A DNA stretch of 64,000 nucleotides from Promethearchaeati archaeon SRVP18_Atabeyarchaeia-1 (GCA_037308085.1 CP147779.1:544001-608000), one strand, 5' to 3'. Positions 7,576 to 17,823 are shown, numbered from the stretch's first letter. The notes: generated by a model from the sequence alone, not told the origin. Numbers and translations are program-made.

Positions 7576-10563
7576 ATGCCGAATAGCGAGAAAACCAAGA
7601 GCCAAGCATCTTTTGAGCAGCTTTGCTCTCTGCTCGGTTTCTCGAAGTATAATGGACTCTTCACCGATATTCAGTCGACAGAAGATGCCTATGTTAGGCA
7701 AGCTCTTGATGATGCAATAAAGAAGCTACGCATTGATGCAATATACTTCCTCAGGTCCAAGAAAGGCGGGCCTTCCATACCGCTAATATACTTCAAACTG
7801 ATGGAATATCCCACAGCTTCCGAGATAGCTGATTTGCACAAACTTTCATGGAATATGGGTCAAGCCCCCCTTCTGTTTGTGGTTCTGCCGGATACAGTTC
7901 AAATATACAATAATCTGGAACCTCCCAAGAAAGGAGATGACAAAGCTGGTTTAATTGATGAACTCAAGGTTTTCTCACAATTCGAAAACGAAAGGAAGAA
8001 GTTTAGAGACTATGAAAGAGCGGAATTCGAAACAGGCAACTATTGGCGTAGGAACATAGGTATTTTCAAGACTGATAACAGCGTTTTTCGCATGCTGCTC
8101 AAGAACCTTGACTATATGAGGCGAATTCTCGTTAATACTGGGTTATCATCCAAAATCGTTTATTCGATCCTTGTTCGCTCGATTTTTGTCAGATATCTTG
8201 AAGACAGACGAGACAAGCAAGGGCAAGGCGTCTTTCCTAATGGTTTTTTTGATCAGTTCAAAAACGGTGCGACCTGTTTCACCGATTTACTAAACACAAA
8301 GAAAGCGACGTACGACTTCTTCAGGTTTCTGGATGACAAATTCAATGGTGACATTTTCGTTGTCGGACAGGATGAAGAGGACACCATTGGGCAAGACCAT
8401 CTAGACTCACTACGAAGAATGTTAAAGGGGGAAGAGCATCTTGATACCCGCCAAATGGTACTATGGCCTTTGTACTCCTTTGACGTTATACCTATTGAAT
8501 TGATAAGTAGCATATATGAACAGTTCTTAACACTCAAAAAGCAAGAAGAAGAGGTCTCGTCGACAGGCATTCACTATACGCCGTATTATTTGGTCGCCTT
8601 TTTGATGGATGAAGTCATGCCTCTTTCGGACACAAACATCAACATGCGAATAATCGACGCAACATGCGGTTCAGGGATCTTTCTGGTCGAAGGTTACAGA
8701 AGGTTAGTGGCTCGTTGGATGAAATCTAATCGCTACCAAAACCCCGCTCCCTCAGAACTTCTCAAAATACTCAAGAATAGCATTTTTGGCGTTGACCTTG
8801 ATGAAAAAGCGATTAGAATCTCTGCCTTAAGCCTCTACCTAACTGTCTGCGACTATCTAGAGCCTAAGACCATCTGGAATGAGGTAAAATTCGAGCGGCT
8901 AGTCGGCAGTAATCTACTCGTTTTCGATTCTCTTAAAGACATTCCGGAACTTCGAGATAAATTCGATTTGGTGGTTGGTAATCCACCCTGGGAAAGTAAA
9001 CTTACAGAGTCTGCGGAAAGATATGTCAAATTACATCGGAAGAGAATCGGGGATCGCCAGATCTGCCAAGTGTTTCTCTGGAAGAGTGCTGATCTATGCA
9101 AGCCTGAAGGAAAAGTCTGTATGATTGTGTCCAGCAAAGCGCTGCTTTTCAATCGTTCATCTCGCAATTCGCAATTTAGGAAGGACTTTTTCTCGCAGTG
9201 TGAAATCAAAGCGATATTCAACTTATCGGCCCTTAGGCACTTACTCTTCTCGCATGCTGTAGGCCCCGGAGCCGCAATAGTCTTTTCACCTTCACCTCCT
9301 CCGAAAAACGAGTTGGTTTCCTACTGCTCTCCTAAGCCCAGTTTCACGCTGCAAGACGAATTATCCTTCGTAATTGAACCTCAAGACATTGCCCAGATAC
9401 CTCTTAGTGAAGCGTTGGCATCTGAAACAATCTGGAAGACCGCGATGTGGGGGTCACCAAGAGATCATGAATTGATCAGAAAGCTATCGTCCCACCCAAC
9501 CTTGGATCGGGTCGCTCGTGAGCGCGGCTGGATCCATGGAGAAGGGTATATCGTTGGAAATAAGAGGTACTTCACTAGGGAATTACTTGGGAAACTGGAG
9601 GTTTCGGCAGAAGATCTTCAGAAGTACATTGTGGAAAGCAAATCACTGAAGCGATGTTCCAAAGACCATTTCTACAGATGGGGCAAAGAGAAGAGGCAGA
9701 TATACAAAAGGCCGCACCTCCTGATAAAACAAAGTCCCAGAAAAGGGCAAGGCCTTGTATCCGCAGTAATGGTCGAAGATTCCGTGTTTCCGCAATCCAT
9801 AATTGGAATACACTGCGATGAGCAGTATCTCAGTGACCTGATAGCTGTGTGTGAAACGATAAACTCGGATTTACCATTATATTACGTAATGCTCACAAGC
9901 GGTAGGTGGCTCGTTGAGAGAGACGAATTAACGAAAAGCGAAATCATGAGCATTCCCATTCCCAAGAAGATTCTCAATAGCGGCCTTGACATGAGCTTCC
10001 TCGAAAGACTTGCAAAGGATGGGGAGTTTCGAGAAGCCGAGAATTGCAGGTTGATGAATCTCTATGGTCTGGACAAGACTGAGAAAGCACTTGTGGCAGA
10101 TTCGATAAGATTTACGCTCGACTATTTCCGCCATAAAGTGGACTCTGATGCAATCAAGCCTGCTTCTGAAACCGATGTTAAGAAATACTTGGCAAACCTG
10201 TGCCAAATTCTCAATCACCAGTTCTCACCTTCAAGCCAAAGCTTTATCGGAACCGCATATTCGACAAAGGGGCCTCTTCGAATGATATCTCTTAAGCTAG
10301 TGTCAAATGGCCGAGAAATCGTGAACGAAGAGCTAGGTGAAGAGGAGATGGACAGAGTTCTGAAACAGTTGGACCAAGAGTTAATTGAAGAGAGGGCGCC
10401 AGGTGTTTATGTTAGAAGGCATCTTCGAAGATACTCCAAAGATTCCGTACATATAATTAAGCCCAACCAGATGAGATATTGGACGAAATCATCGGCGATC
10501 CTAGATGCAGACCAGGTCTATGCAGACATCATGGAGACAGATATCACGGAAAGATCTAGGTGA
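7576..10563 (+). CDS. Large N6-adenine DNA methyltransferase (HsdM/Eco57I/type IIG-like, TaqI-like C-terminal region)
   Basis: ISSIYEQFL, HYTP, DATCGSGIFL, VGNPPW motifs. Confidence 0.87.
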   Translation: MPNSEKTKSQASFEQLCSLLGFSKYNGLFTDIQSTEDAYVRQALDDAIKKLRIDAIYFLRSKKGGPSIPLIYFKLMEYPTASEIADLHKLSWNMGQAPLLFVVLPDTVQIYNNLEPPKKGDDKAGLIDELKVFSQFENERKKFRDYERAEFETGNYWRRNIGIFKTDNSVFRMLLKNLDYMRRILVNTGLSSKIVYSILVRSIFVRYLEDRRDKQGQGVFPNGFFDQFKNGATCFTDLLNTKKATYDFFRFLDDKFNGDIFVVGQDEEDTIGQDHLDSLRRMLKGEEHLDTRQMVLWPLYSFDVIPIELISSIYEQFLTLKKQEEEVSSTGIHYTPYYLVAFLMDEVMPLSDTNINMRIIDATCGSGIFLVEGYRRLVARWMKSNRYQNPAPSELLKILKNSIFGVDLDEKAIRISALSLYLTVCDYLEPKTIWNEVKFERLVGSNLLVFDSLKDIPELRDKFDLVVGNPPWESKLTESAERYVKLHRKRIGDRQICQVFLWKSADLCKPEGKVCMIVSSKALLFNRSSRNSQFRKDFFSQCEIKAIFNLSALRHLLFSHAVGPGAAIVFSPSPPPKNELVSYCSPKPSFTLQDELSFVIEPQDIAQIPLSEALASETIWKTAMWGSPRDHELIRKLSSHPTLDRVARERGWIHGEGYIVGNKRYFTRELLGKLEVSAEDLQKYIVESKSLKRCSKDHFYRWGKEKRQIYKRPHLLIKQSPRKGQGLVSAVMVEDSVFPQSIIGIHCDEQYLSDLIAVCETINSDLPLYYVMLTSGRWLVERDELTKSEIMSIPIPKKILNSGLDMSFLERLAKDGEFREAENCRLMNLYGLDKTEKALVADSIRFTLDYFRHKVDSDAIKPASETDVKKYLANLCQILNHQFSPSSQSFIGTAYSTKGPLRMISLKLVSNGREIVNEELGEEEMDRVLKQLDQELIEERAPGVYVRRHLRRYSKDSVHIIKPNQMRYWTKSSAILDADQVYADIMETDITERSR

Positions 10564-10569
10564 TTATGA

Positions 10570-11229
10570 GTGACCTATGTCCCCTCGCAGGAAAGTTATA
10601 GAATCGGCACGCCTCTTGACCTTGCTAAGAAGTTAGGCGAAAAGGGCATTACAAAACTTCTCGAAATGGTCTGTGCGGCATATGCTATCCTATATAGGAA
10701 CCGAATAGTTAAACCGAAAATGGATGAGTGCGACATCACTGAAGAACTCTACAAAGAGGTCAATTTTGCTTGGTCTAAATCCGATATTACGGAGACTGTT
10801 ATTCCTACAAATGAGAAGATTGATAGAGAGAACGCCGAGAGAAGAGGGAGACCACCGACTATCGATTTTTGTTTTAGGGCCCGTTGGGAGAGACATGCGT
10901 TTTTTGGTTTCGAATGCAAAGTGTTGGCCGAAGGCGACAGTAGAAGCTATAGGGAATACATCAACGAGGGATTGTATCGCTACATTGAAGGGAAGTACTG
11001 TGCAAATGGTTCGGCTGGTTCATTGATTGGCTATATTAATTCTGGGAGAATTGCCGTGATAGTCAAAGACATAAAGACTCGAGTTAATAGGCAAAGAATA
11101 GTAGAATTCATGACTTTGGCATCCTCCATTTCTGGTTTCAGGGAGCACTACATCTCGACGCACTTGAGAAAGGATAGCTCTCCGTTTTGTGTTCATCATC
11201 TGTTCTTTAGTTTTGTCGAATTGAATTAA
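10570..11229 (+). CDS. Putative PD-(D/E)xK nuclease partner of the methyltransferase
   Basis: E..ITE..IDF..FECKVL pattern; 6 bp downstream of the MTase. Confidence 0.55.
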   Translation: MTYVPSQESYRIGTPLDLAKKLGEKGITKLLEMVCAAYAILYRNRIVKPKMDECDITEELYKEVNFAWSKSDITETVIPTNEKIDRENAERRGRPPTIDFCFRARWERHAFFGFECKVLAEGDSRSYREYINEGLYRYIEGKYCANGSAGSLIGYINSGRIAVIVKDIKTRVNRQRIVEFMTLASSISGFREHYISTHLRKDSSPFCVHHLFFSFVELN

Positions 11230-11777
11230 TTCCCGGGAGCAGCCGCGTTTAGCTACTGAACAATTTGCCAGTAGAATAGGCTTTGGAGACAGAGATCGTA
11301 ATCCCTGGAACCATAAGCACCATGAGCAGAATTCCGTCGAACTTTTCAATGATGCGGATAACTTCGAAATGCAAAGCCTTGGTGACTGGCGCCGAGCTGC
11401 GAAGCCCTCGTGGATCGCCAGACCAATCTAAACGGAACCATGGCTGAGCACTAGAAACTACCTATTCTATCTCCTTGTTTCCCCTTCTCATGTAGCCTTA
11501 TGCACGCGCTAATGAACATAATAAGACAGTTTTCCTTGAAAATGCGAGGATAGGCATCCTCTTGCTGTGAACAGACCTCCTTTGTGGATGCATATTATCA
11601 GTTAGAGAAGTTTGAGAAGAAAGTTAAGATAATTCCAAAATCAAAGAACTATCGGCGAAGCCGATAACACAAGATTAGCCAACCTATGAACTATCATCCG
11701 AGATTTTACAGAGAGAGGAATTCTAGGCTCCAACCGAGACTTGACAGAGCCCAAAGTAGCAAGTAGTAGAACCGAGT

Positions 11778-11829
11778 CATCACCTGACGGTTAACAGGGA
11801 GACCAATCACCCGAAGACTTAACAGAACC
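11778..11829 (-). repeat. Right terminal inverted repeat
   Basis: Reverse complement GGTTCTGTTAAGTCTTCGGGTGATTGGTCTCCCTGTTAACCGTCAGGTGATG. Confidence 0.9.
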
Positions 11830-11841
11830 TGGAGAACCGGT

Positions 11842-12453
11842 ATGAAGAGAAAACAACTGGAGATCTCGTTATCGTCACTAGCGAGAAATCCCAAACCGAA
11901 GATTCGGTTTGAAGAATACGACCTTGATCCCAGAAGTGCTTCTACGATAGTGCATATTGCGGCGTCGTTAGGCGATGTTGAAGGAAAGCAAGTAGTGGAT
12001 CTTGGGTGTGGCGTTGGCATTCTCTCCATTGGAGCTGCAATGATGGGCGCCAGCCGAGTCGTGGGAGTAGATATTGATAAAGACTCAATAAAGGTAGCAG
12101 TACAGAACATGAAGTCATTGGGTGCGAGAGTTGAGTTCATTTCAGGTTCGATCGACTGTGTCCGCGGAGCATTTGACACAACCATTATGAATCCACCCTT
12201 CGGTAGTTGGAGAAGAGGTTTGGATGTCAGTTTTCTACGCAAGTCGCTGGCGATATCGGACATCACGTACTCGGTGCACAAGGCGAGCGATAGAAGCGAC
12301 CTGTTTCTCCGGAAGAAGATCCAGACAATGGGAAAAGAGGCAAGAAACCTCGGGAGAGTGGAGATAACCCTTCGGCGGACATATGATTTTCATCAGAAAT
12401 CCAAGTATGCGGTTTATGCTTACCTCTACAGGATAGGGTTTCAATCTACGTAG
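11842..12453 (+). CDS. METTL5-family methyltransferase
   Basis: LEI.LS..PK..EEY, DLGCGVG, MNPPFG, YSVHK, YDFH. Confidence 0.88.
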   Translation: MKRKQLEISLSSLARNPKPKIRFEEYDLDPRSASTIVHIAASLGDVEGKQVVDLGCGVGILSIGAAMMGASRVVGVDIDKDSIKVAVQNMKSLGARVEFISGSIDCVRGAFDTTIMNPPFGSWRRGLDVSFLRKSLAISDITYSVHKASDRSDLFLRKKIQTMGKEARNLGRVEITLRRTYDFHQKSKYAVYAYLYRIGFQST

Positions 12454-13813
12454 GCATAGGTAGGTATGCGTCAGCATGCCTGTCGTATGCGTAGCAGATC
12501 TGGGGCTTCACCGCATCATATAGGCGCCTCACGAGTTCATCGGCACCCCTCCGCTCCGCCCCCGTCAAGGCGTACCCACCCACAAGAAGCGCAGGCAGGA
12601 TGCTCGCATCCCACCGCTTCTCCTCGTGGGGAACGCCCTCCATCCTCAGGTAGAGGTTGATGGCGGCGTTGAGCTGCCTATCAATCCGCAGCCCGCAGCT
12701 CCGGCACTCGAAGACTGCTGCTCCTCTTAGGTCTTTGTTTACCCACCCGCATCTGGAGCACGTCTTCGAAGTGAACTGCGGAGGCACCTCAACACCTCCT
12801 ACAAGCCTCTTTATCCCGCGCCAGTCTGTCCTCGCTACTCGCCTGTTCCACACCCTCGACTTGGAGTATAGTCGCTCCTTGCGGAGCTCCTCGAAGCCGT
12901 TTTCGCCGGATAGGGAGCGCATCACCCTCGCTATCTCCACCTGGTGCTTCCTGGCGCGGTTCCTCTCCCTCCTGCCGTATTTTGTGAGGGTTCTTCCCGC
13001 GCGCTTCGACTTTGAGGCCTTCCTCTGCACGCTCCGCCTCTTCTCGAAGGCCGAGATGTGGACGGAGGCGAGCCTCCTCGTGTCAATCTTCACCCAGCCA
13101 GTCTCAGGGCTGAAGCCATCCATGCTGAGCATGTTCGAGTCCCACGCCAGCTTCTCAGTTGGTCTCTTCCCAGTCTCTTCCGGCAAATGGACGGGGAGAT
13201 GTATTTTGTCGGGTGTGATGACTGGTTCGCCTAGGCCCGTGGAGGACACGTTGCCGGGCAGCTTGAAGTAGCGCCGAGACAAGTCGATGTAGACAAACTC
13301 GTGCGGCTTCACTGTGATCCTCAGTTTCTCCCCCTGAAGTTTGAGGAGGGTCTGCTTGGCCCGCAGGAAGAGCCGCCCCGCATGCGGGCATGTCCTACTC
13401 CTGTCACCCTTGTCGTAGTTCCGCTTCCAGGAGCCCATGATGCTGAAGGCAGTCTTCACTGCGGAGTCAACCCAGTGCGCAGCGTAGACCCACCCTGTTA
13501 GGCACGTGTCTCTCAGCTCGCGCTTGAAGGCGTTGTCCTTCCTGTAGCGGGGGTAGAGCCGGTGCTGCTTCTTGCCCCTGATCTGGTGTCTCCTCCACTC
13601 TGTCGCCTGCCAGATGCCCTGCAGCATGGTGTTGAGAATCGTGTTGTAGGCAGTCATGAGGCTGTTGAGTTCTTCGCCCTGGTCATGGTTGAGCGAGTAG
13701 GTTCTTAGCGCCTTCAACAACCTCCCTGCCTCTTGGCGATGCCCTGGCATGTAGCCGATGGGAGCCCTGGTTTCCGTTTCGCATTGTAGACTCCTTATCT
13801 CGGATTCCGGCAT
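12446..13813 (-). CDS. tnpB: TnpB-like RNA-guided nuclease (IS607-type); true start probably near 13720
   Basis: RuvC-I LAWDSN, RuvC-II FEEL, TSKTCSRCG..CRSCG, IDRQLNAAINL; markedly higher GC. Confidence 0.85.
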   Translation of the reverse strand: MPESEIRSLQCETETRAPIGYMPGHRQEAGRLLKALRTYSLNHDQGEELNSLMTAYNTILNTMLQGIWQATEWRRHQIRGKKQHRLYPRYRKDNAFKRELRDTCLTGWVYAAHWVDSAVKTAFSIMGSWKRNYDKGDRSRTCPHAGRLFLRAKQTLLKLQGEKLRITVKPHEFVYIDLSRRYFKLPGNVSSTGLGEPVITPDKIHLPVHLPEETGKRPTEKLAWDSNMLSMDGFSPETGWVKIDTRRLASVHISAFEKRRSVQRKASKSKRAGRTLTKYGRRERNRARKHQVEIARVMRSLSGENGFEELRKERLYSKSRVWNRRVARTDWRGIKRLVGGVEVPPQFTSKTCSRCGWVNKDLRGAAVFECRSCGLRIDRQLNAAINLYLRMEGVPHEEKRWDASILPALLVGGYALTGAERRGADELVRRLYDAVKPQICYAYDRHADAYLPMPT

Positions 13814-13977
13814 CCTTTTCCTTCCACGAGTGTCCCTAGGACTCTTATTAACCCCTCTTTGCCCACTTCTGGACTGTCCCCATGTGCATACGCAGAGGGA
13901 ATGTGAGTTTATCTTGGCGTGTGAAGTCTTTCGGGCATACCTAGAATTAGTATGACTTATACCTACGTAAACCTACA
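12447..13977 (-). mobile_element. Non-autonomous IS607-like element (tnpA remnant + tnpB); ends approximate
   Basis: Decayed tnpA HTH upstream of tnpB; ACCTAC/GTAGGT motifs at both ends, 11/12 inverted match 12447-12458 vs 13958-13969. Confidence 0.65.
13752..13938 (-). pseudogene. Frameshifted and truncated IS607 TnpA N-terminal MerR-like HTH
   Basis: Pieces across frames read MPERLHTPR*..TVQKWAK..GLIRV..GRKRMPESEIRSL..IGY; serine-recombinase domain absent. Confidence 0.6.
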
Positions 13978-14012
13978 CAGACTGGAGCTGCTGCAACAGG
14001 CGGCAGGTAGGC

Positions 14013-15044
14013 TCAGCTTGGTTTGAGGTACGCTTCCAACAGCTTTTCTGAAAGCATCATTTCAGCCTCGTCTGTTGTCAGGACTGGTTTCCTGAACAAT
14101 GAGGCATCGTCGACTGCTATTCTGGGGCAAGCCGTCACCACAAAAGCATCGATATCTTTGATGGAGTTCAGCCGTTCAGGGTCTAAGTTGTCTGCGCAGA
14201 ACAAGACGACTTTCCTTCCAGATTTCTCCAGCATATCTCTGACTCTGATTGCTCTAGCCAAGTCAAGCTGCCCCGACTTCAGCCCGATCACCACGCCAAG
14301 ATTCTGGGCTGACCTGGCTTCCATTATGCAGCCGTAGCGAGACTTCACGTAGCGGCGCAACAGTCCTCTCGTGGTGCTGACTTCTCTCGAATACGGGTCG
14401 ATGATTATTGACTCTTTCTTGGTCGCCAGTGCTAGGCCTATGGCATGGAACTCTCCCCCCGCAATAATGAGGAATTTGTCAACGCGGTCTGAGATGGACT
14501 TTGCCGTCGAGTAGTCACAACCAAGGACCTGTCCATCATTGATGATCCTCCCTTTCGCTTTTCCTATCAAGACCTTGAATCCGTTGTCCTCAAGGTACCT
14601 CCTTGCTACCTGTAGCTCGTGGATATGCTGAATCGTGGAGACCAAACCAACCCGTTTCGAACCGCTGAGGTGGTCTTTGGCCGCAGGTAAGAGATCCTGT
14701 ATGCCGAGCGAAGCGAAGGCTTCTAAATAGATTACAGGAACACCTTGGCTTCCCGGCCATTCGGCGTGACCGTAGTGTATTATTAGATCGGCCCCCAGTT
14801 GAGAAGCAGCAATGGTTGCAAGATCACACGCCCCGTAGCATGTGTCGAGAGAGACAATCGTCTGCGAGCCGGTCTTCTCGCTGATCTTCTCAGCTATCTT
14901 GGTTGCGTGTTCAAGTAGACCGTCTGGAAATTGCAGAATTATTCTCCTACTCTTCCTAGATTCCACGTCTTTGATCAAACCGTCAACGTTTAGTTCATAC
15001 GATGAAACAATCTCATCGCTTTTCATTTCTTGAGCAGCCCTCAA
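14013..15044 (-). CDS. dph2: Diphthamide biosynthesis enzyme Dph2 (Dph1/2 family)
   Basis: LQFPDGL, CYGACD, HYGH, GQVLGC, TACPR. Confidence 0.94.
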   Translation of the reverse strand: MRAAQEMKSDEIVSSYELNVDGLIKDVESRKSRRIILQFPDGLLEHATKIAEKISEKTGSQTIVSLDTCYGACDLATIAASQLGADLIIHYGHAEWPGSQGVPVIYLEAFASLGIQDLLPAAKDHLSGSKRVGLVSTIQHIHELQVARRYLEDNGFKVLIGKAKGRIINDGQVLGCDYSTAKSISDRVDKFLIIAGGEFHAIGLALATKKESIIIDPYSREVSTTRGLLRRYVKSRYGCIMEARSAQNLGVVIGLKSGQLDLARAIRVRDMLEKSGRKVVLFCADNLDPERLNSIKDIDAFVVTACPRIAVDDASLFRKPVLTTDEAEMMLSEKLLEAYLKPS

Positions 15045-15117
15045 ATGATGTGGGGTTATAATAGGAATTACTTAAATTCAGAGTAAGTGAGTAATTACTT
15101 GGAGATGATGACAAGCC

Positions 15118-16350
15118 ATGAAGGTAACAGAGTTGAAAGCCTCGATGATCTTCGACTCAAAGGCGCGGCCTACTGTAAGGATCGATTTGGAATCCAATGG
15201 TATAAAGGTTTTCGCGTGTGCACCCTCGGGCACAAGCGTTGGGAAATTCGAGGCGCAGGCCTTTCCGAAAGAGGGGGTTGAAAAGTCCGTAGCGATCGTC
15301 AACAACGAGTTGCGAAAGGGTTTTGTTGGGTCTGAGATTGATGACCTAAGACAAGCGGATGGCAGACTTAGGAACTTTGATGGGACGAGTAATTTTAACA
15401 GGATGGGGGGAAACACGGCAATAGCCATTTCGATAGCAGTGGCCAAGGCTCTCTCACAGGCTAGCGGGGAAATGCTGTGCGAATACCTTGCCGATAGTGG
15501 AAAGATAAGACTTCCATTTCCGCTTAGTAATGTCATAGGGGGAGGGAAACACACATCTGGTGACTCCCTTGACATTCAAGAATTTCTGGTCATATCAACT
15601 GGCGCCAAAACGTTTGAACAAGCGGCGGCGTTCAACATGCAAGTTCACAAGGAAGTTGGCAACATGATGATCGAAAAGTTGCCCAAGTATGTCTTTGGCA
15701 GGAATGATGAAGGGGCATGGGCAGCACCTTTGAAAATAGATGAAGCCTTGAAGTTGCTATCGTCCGCGATTGAGAAGGTGACAAGCACTCTAGACACTGA
15801 AGGAAGAATTGGAATAGATATCGCGGCATCCGAACTCTGGGACGGAAAGAGATACGGGTACAAAAAAGAAAAGCAGTACCGTAGTGTCGGCGAGCAGTTA
15901 GACTACATGCAAGAACTGGCTGAAAGCTACAACATATTTTACCTTGAAGATCCTTTCCAGGAAGAAGACTATGAGTCCTTTGCCCAACTCAATCGGAAGC
16001 TGGCGGGAAGACGGCTTGTGGTGGGTGACGATCTTGTTGTCACGAACCCAGAGCGACTGAAAACTGCAGTAAGCCAGCATTCGGTCAATGGAGTAATAAT
16101 CAAGCCTAATCAGATTGGAACGCTAACTGACACCGCAATAACCGTGAGAATGGCCAGTTCCAATAACATTGTTCCGATTGCATCACACAGGTCAGGTGAG
16201 ACCACCGACGCAGCACTTGCGCACATAGCGGCGGGACTGAAATGCCCAATAATTAAGATAGGAATATCGGGTGGAGAACGCCTAGAGAAAATCAACGAGT
16301 TGCTTAGGATTGAAAAAAATGCAAAGGCATCTATGGCAAGCCTTCCATAG
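15118..16350 (+). CDS. eno: Enolase
   Basis: PSGTS.G..EA, NVIGGGKH, LEDPF, VGDDL, IKPNQIGT, SHRSGET. Confidence 0.95.
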   Translation: MKVTELKASMIFDSKARPTVRIDLESNGIKVFACAPSGTSVGKFEAQAFPKEGVEKSVAIVNNELRKGFVGSEIDDLRQADGRLRNFDGTSNFNRMGGNTAIAISIAVAKALSQASGEMLCEYLADSGKIRLPFPLSNVIGGGKHTSGDSLDIQEFLVISTGAKTFEQAAAFNMQVHKEVGNMMIEKLPKYVFGRNDEGAWAAPLKIDEALKLLSSAIEKVTSTLDTEGRIGIDIAASELWDGKRYGYKKEKQYRSVGEQLDYMQELAESYNIFYLEDPFQEEDYESFAQLNRKLAGRRLVVGDDLVVTNPERLKTAVSQHSVNGVIIKPNQIGTLTDTAITVRMASSNNIVPIASHRSGETTDAALAHIAAGLKCPIIKIGISGGERLEKINELLRIEKNAKASMASLP

Positions 16351-17194
16351 ATGCGAAAAAGGCATTGAAGAACCCGACTACTTCGGCACGTGGCACCGCT
16401 CATTCTTCGGAGTGTGGGAGAATCTACAGGGATTGTCCGCCCTTCTTACTCCACTCGCGTATAAGCGTGTGCTTCCTAACGGGGCATCCTCCCCCGTGTA
16501 GCAACTTGCAGTTGTCACAATCTTGTCTAGTAAAAGCTCCGCACCTGAATTCGCAGGGATATCCCAACCAGGCACTCACCTATCAGTCTCTAGGAGGAGC
16601 TGCAATATATACTTTTCAATCGAAGCGGAAAGGTTCAAGGAGATAAGCTACGTTGCCTTGCAAAGAAATCTGCCACTTGGGTCGCGTATCATCATCTCTA
16701 GCTTCCTTCTCCTTATGGCCAGAGCAAGTGGAGTACAATCATGCAGGTCCGACTCACAGTGATCGATGTCGGTCAAAACCACGGTTTTGCCTTTGATACC
16801 CTTGCTTCTGGCTTCCATTATGCAAATCTGACACCATTTCTCCATGGGTCCACCCCCTATCCTTCAAGAAGCATGAGGAGTGTCTCTCTCAGTTCCCTAA
16901 CTCGCTTTAGGCAGAAGAAGCACCGGTCTCTTACGGGACTCGCACTATTCTCACTGATTACTCCGATCTCAATAATCCTCAGCACTTCCGATAAGCAGTC
17001 TATCGCTTGGCAGATGATCGATGAAGGGATTTCAACGTCGTTATCTGAACAAGGTTTGGGGTCTCTTGTAAGGGTCCTCTGCGCGGACAGAATTATCTCA
17101 ACCGCCTCCTAGGTCGCCTCTTGAGTATACGCATGTTGATAAATATGAATGATGAGGGACCTACCTGAAAGTGAAATAGTTTCTCAGTAGGGTG

Positions 17195-17377
17195 TCATCT
17201 CAGCCATCGAGCCAGCGACGCCTCCCCCTCCTTGGTGGCGCGAAGTCTTCTGAAGACTTCTCTCATCACACCTCTATCATAGCCACAAAGTCGAAAAACG
17301 GTCTTCTTGCTTAGTCTCCTACCACCTTTCTCGGCATCGATAATTCTGTGAACAACTTCATCAATGTCAACCATCAC
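17195..17377 (-). CDS. Small hypothetical protein
   Basis: 60-aa charged helical ORF with upstream purine-rich/TATA-like signals; no family recognised. Confidence 0.4.
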   Translation of the reverse strand: MMVDIDEVVHRIIDAEKGGRRLSKKTVFRLCGYDRGVMREVFRRLRATKEGEASLARWLR

Positions 17378-17823
17378 AATCCATCCAGATTGCCAGATTG
17401 TTTCCCTAGACTCTATAGCTCTACGAAATGGTTTTAATCTGTTTCCACAAGGCCACGGACACAGTCCTCACTGCGCTTCTGGCGCAATGGTTTCATGCCT
17501 CCGTACCTGGCTCTATACGGCAGAGCTCCTCCATCAGGTTTCCGGCTTAGGCAGGCGAAACTTGGTGCAGGCAGTCTTCGAAACCGCCAAACCACTATAG
17601 GGTGAAATACCGTTGCTGGATTGCGGGTCTGCGGGCTCCCATCCGGGCAATCCTTGAAGCCAGCCAGTCTCTCCTCATTCCCATTTTGCGCGCCTATTGA
17701 CCTTGATTCTCATTGCCCGACGCAACTAGACCCCACAGAGAATTCACCGTTCCCGTAGAACCTCAGGCAACCCTAAACACATTCATTCAACAGCAGGGGC
17801 TACAGACATTCTCAAACGTCGAG

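Larger units (their letters stand above)
5276..11829. mobile_element. IS6-family unit transposon (6,554 bp) with passenger genes
   Basis: 52-bp imperfect TIRs starting GGTTCTGTTAA; perfect 8-bp flanking direct repeat TGGAGAAC (5268-5275, 11830-11837); internal DDE transposase. Confidence 0.9.

Noticed and set aside
17460-17700. SRP RNA, RNase P RNA or hammerhead ribozyme
   Set aside because: CCCGGATGGGAGC resembles SRP helix 8 but lacks the preceding CAGG; no GAGGAAAGUCC and no exact CUGAUGA core
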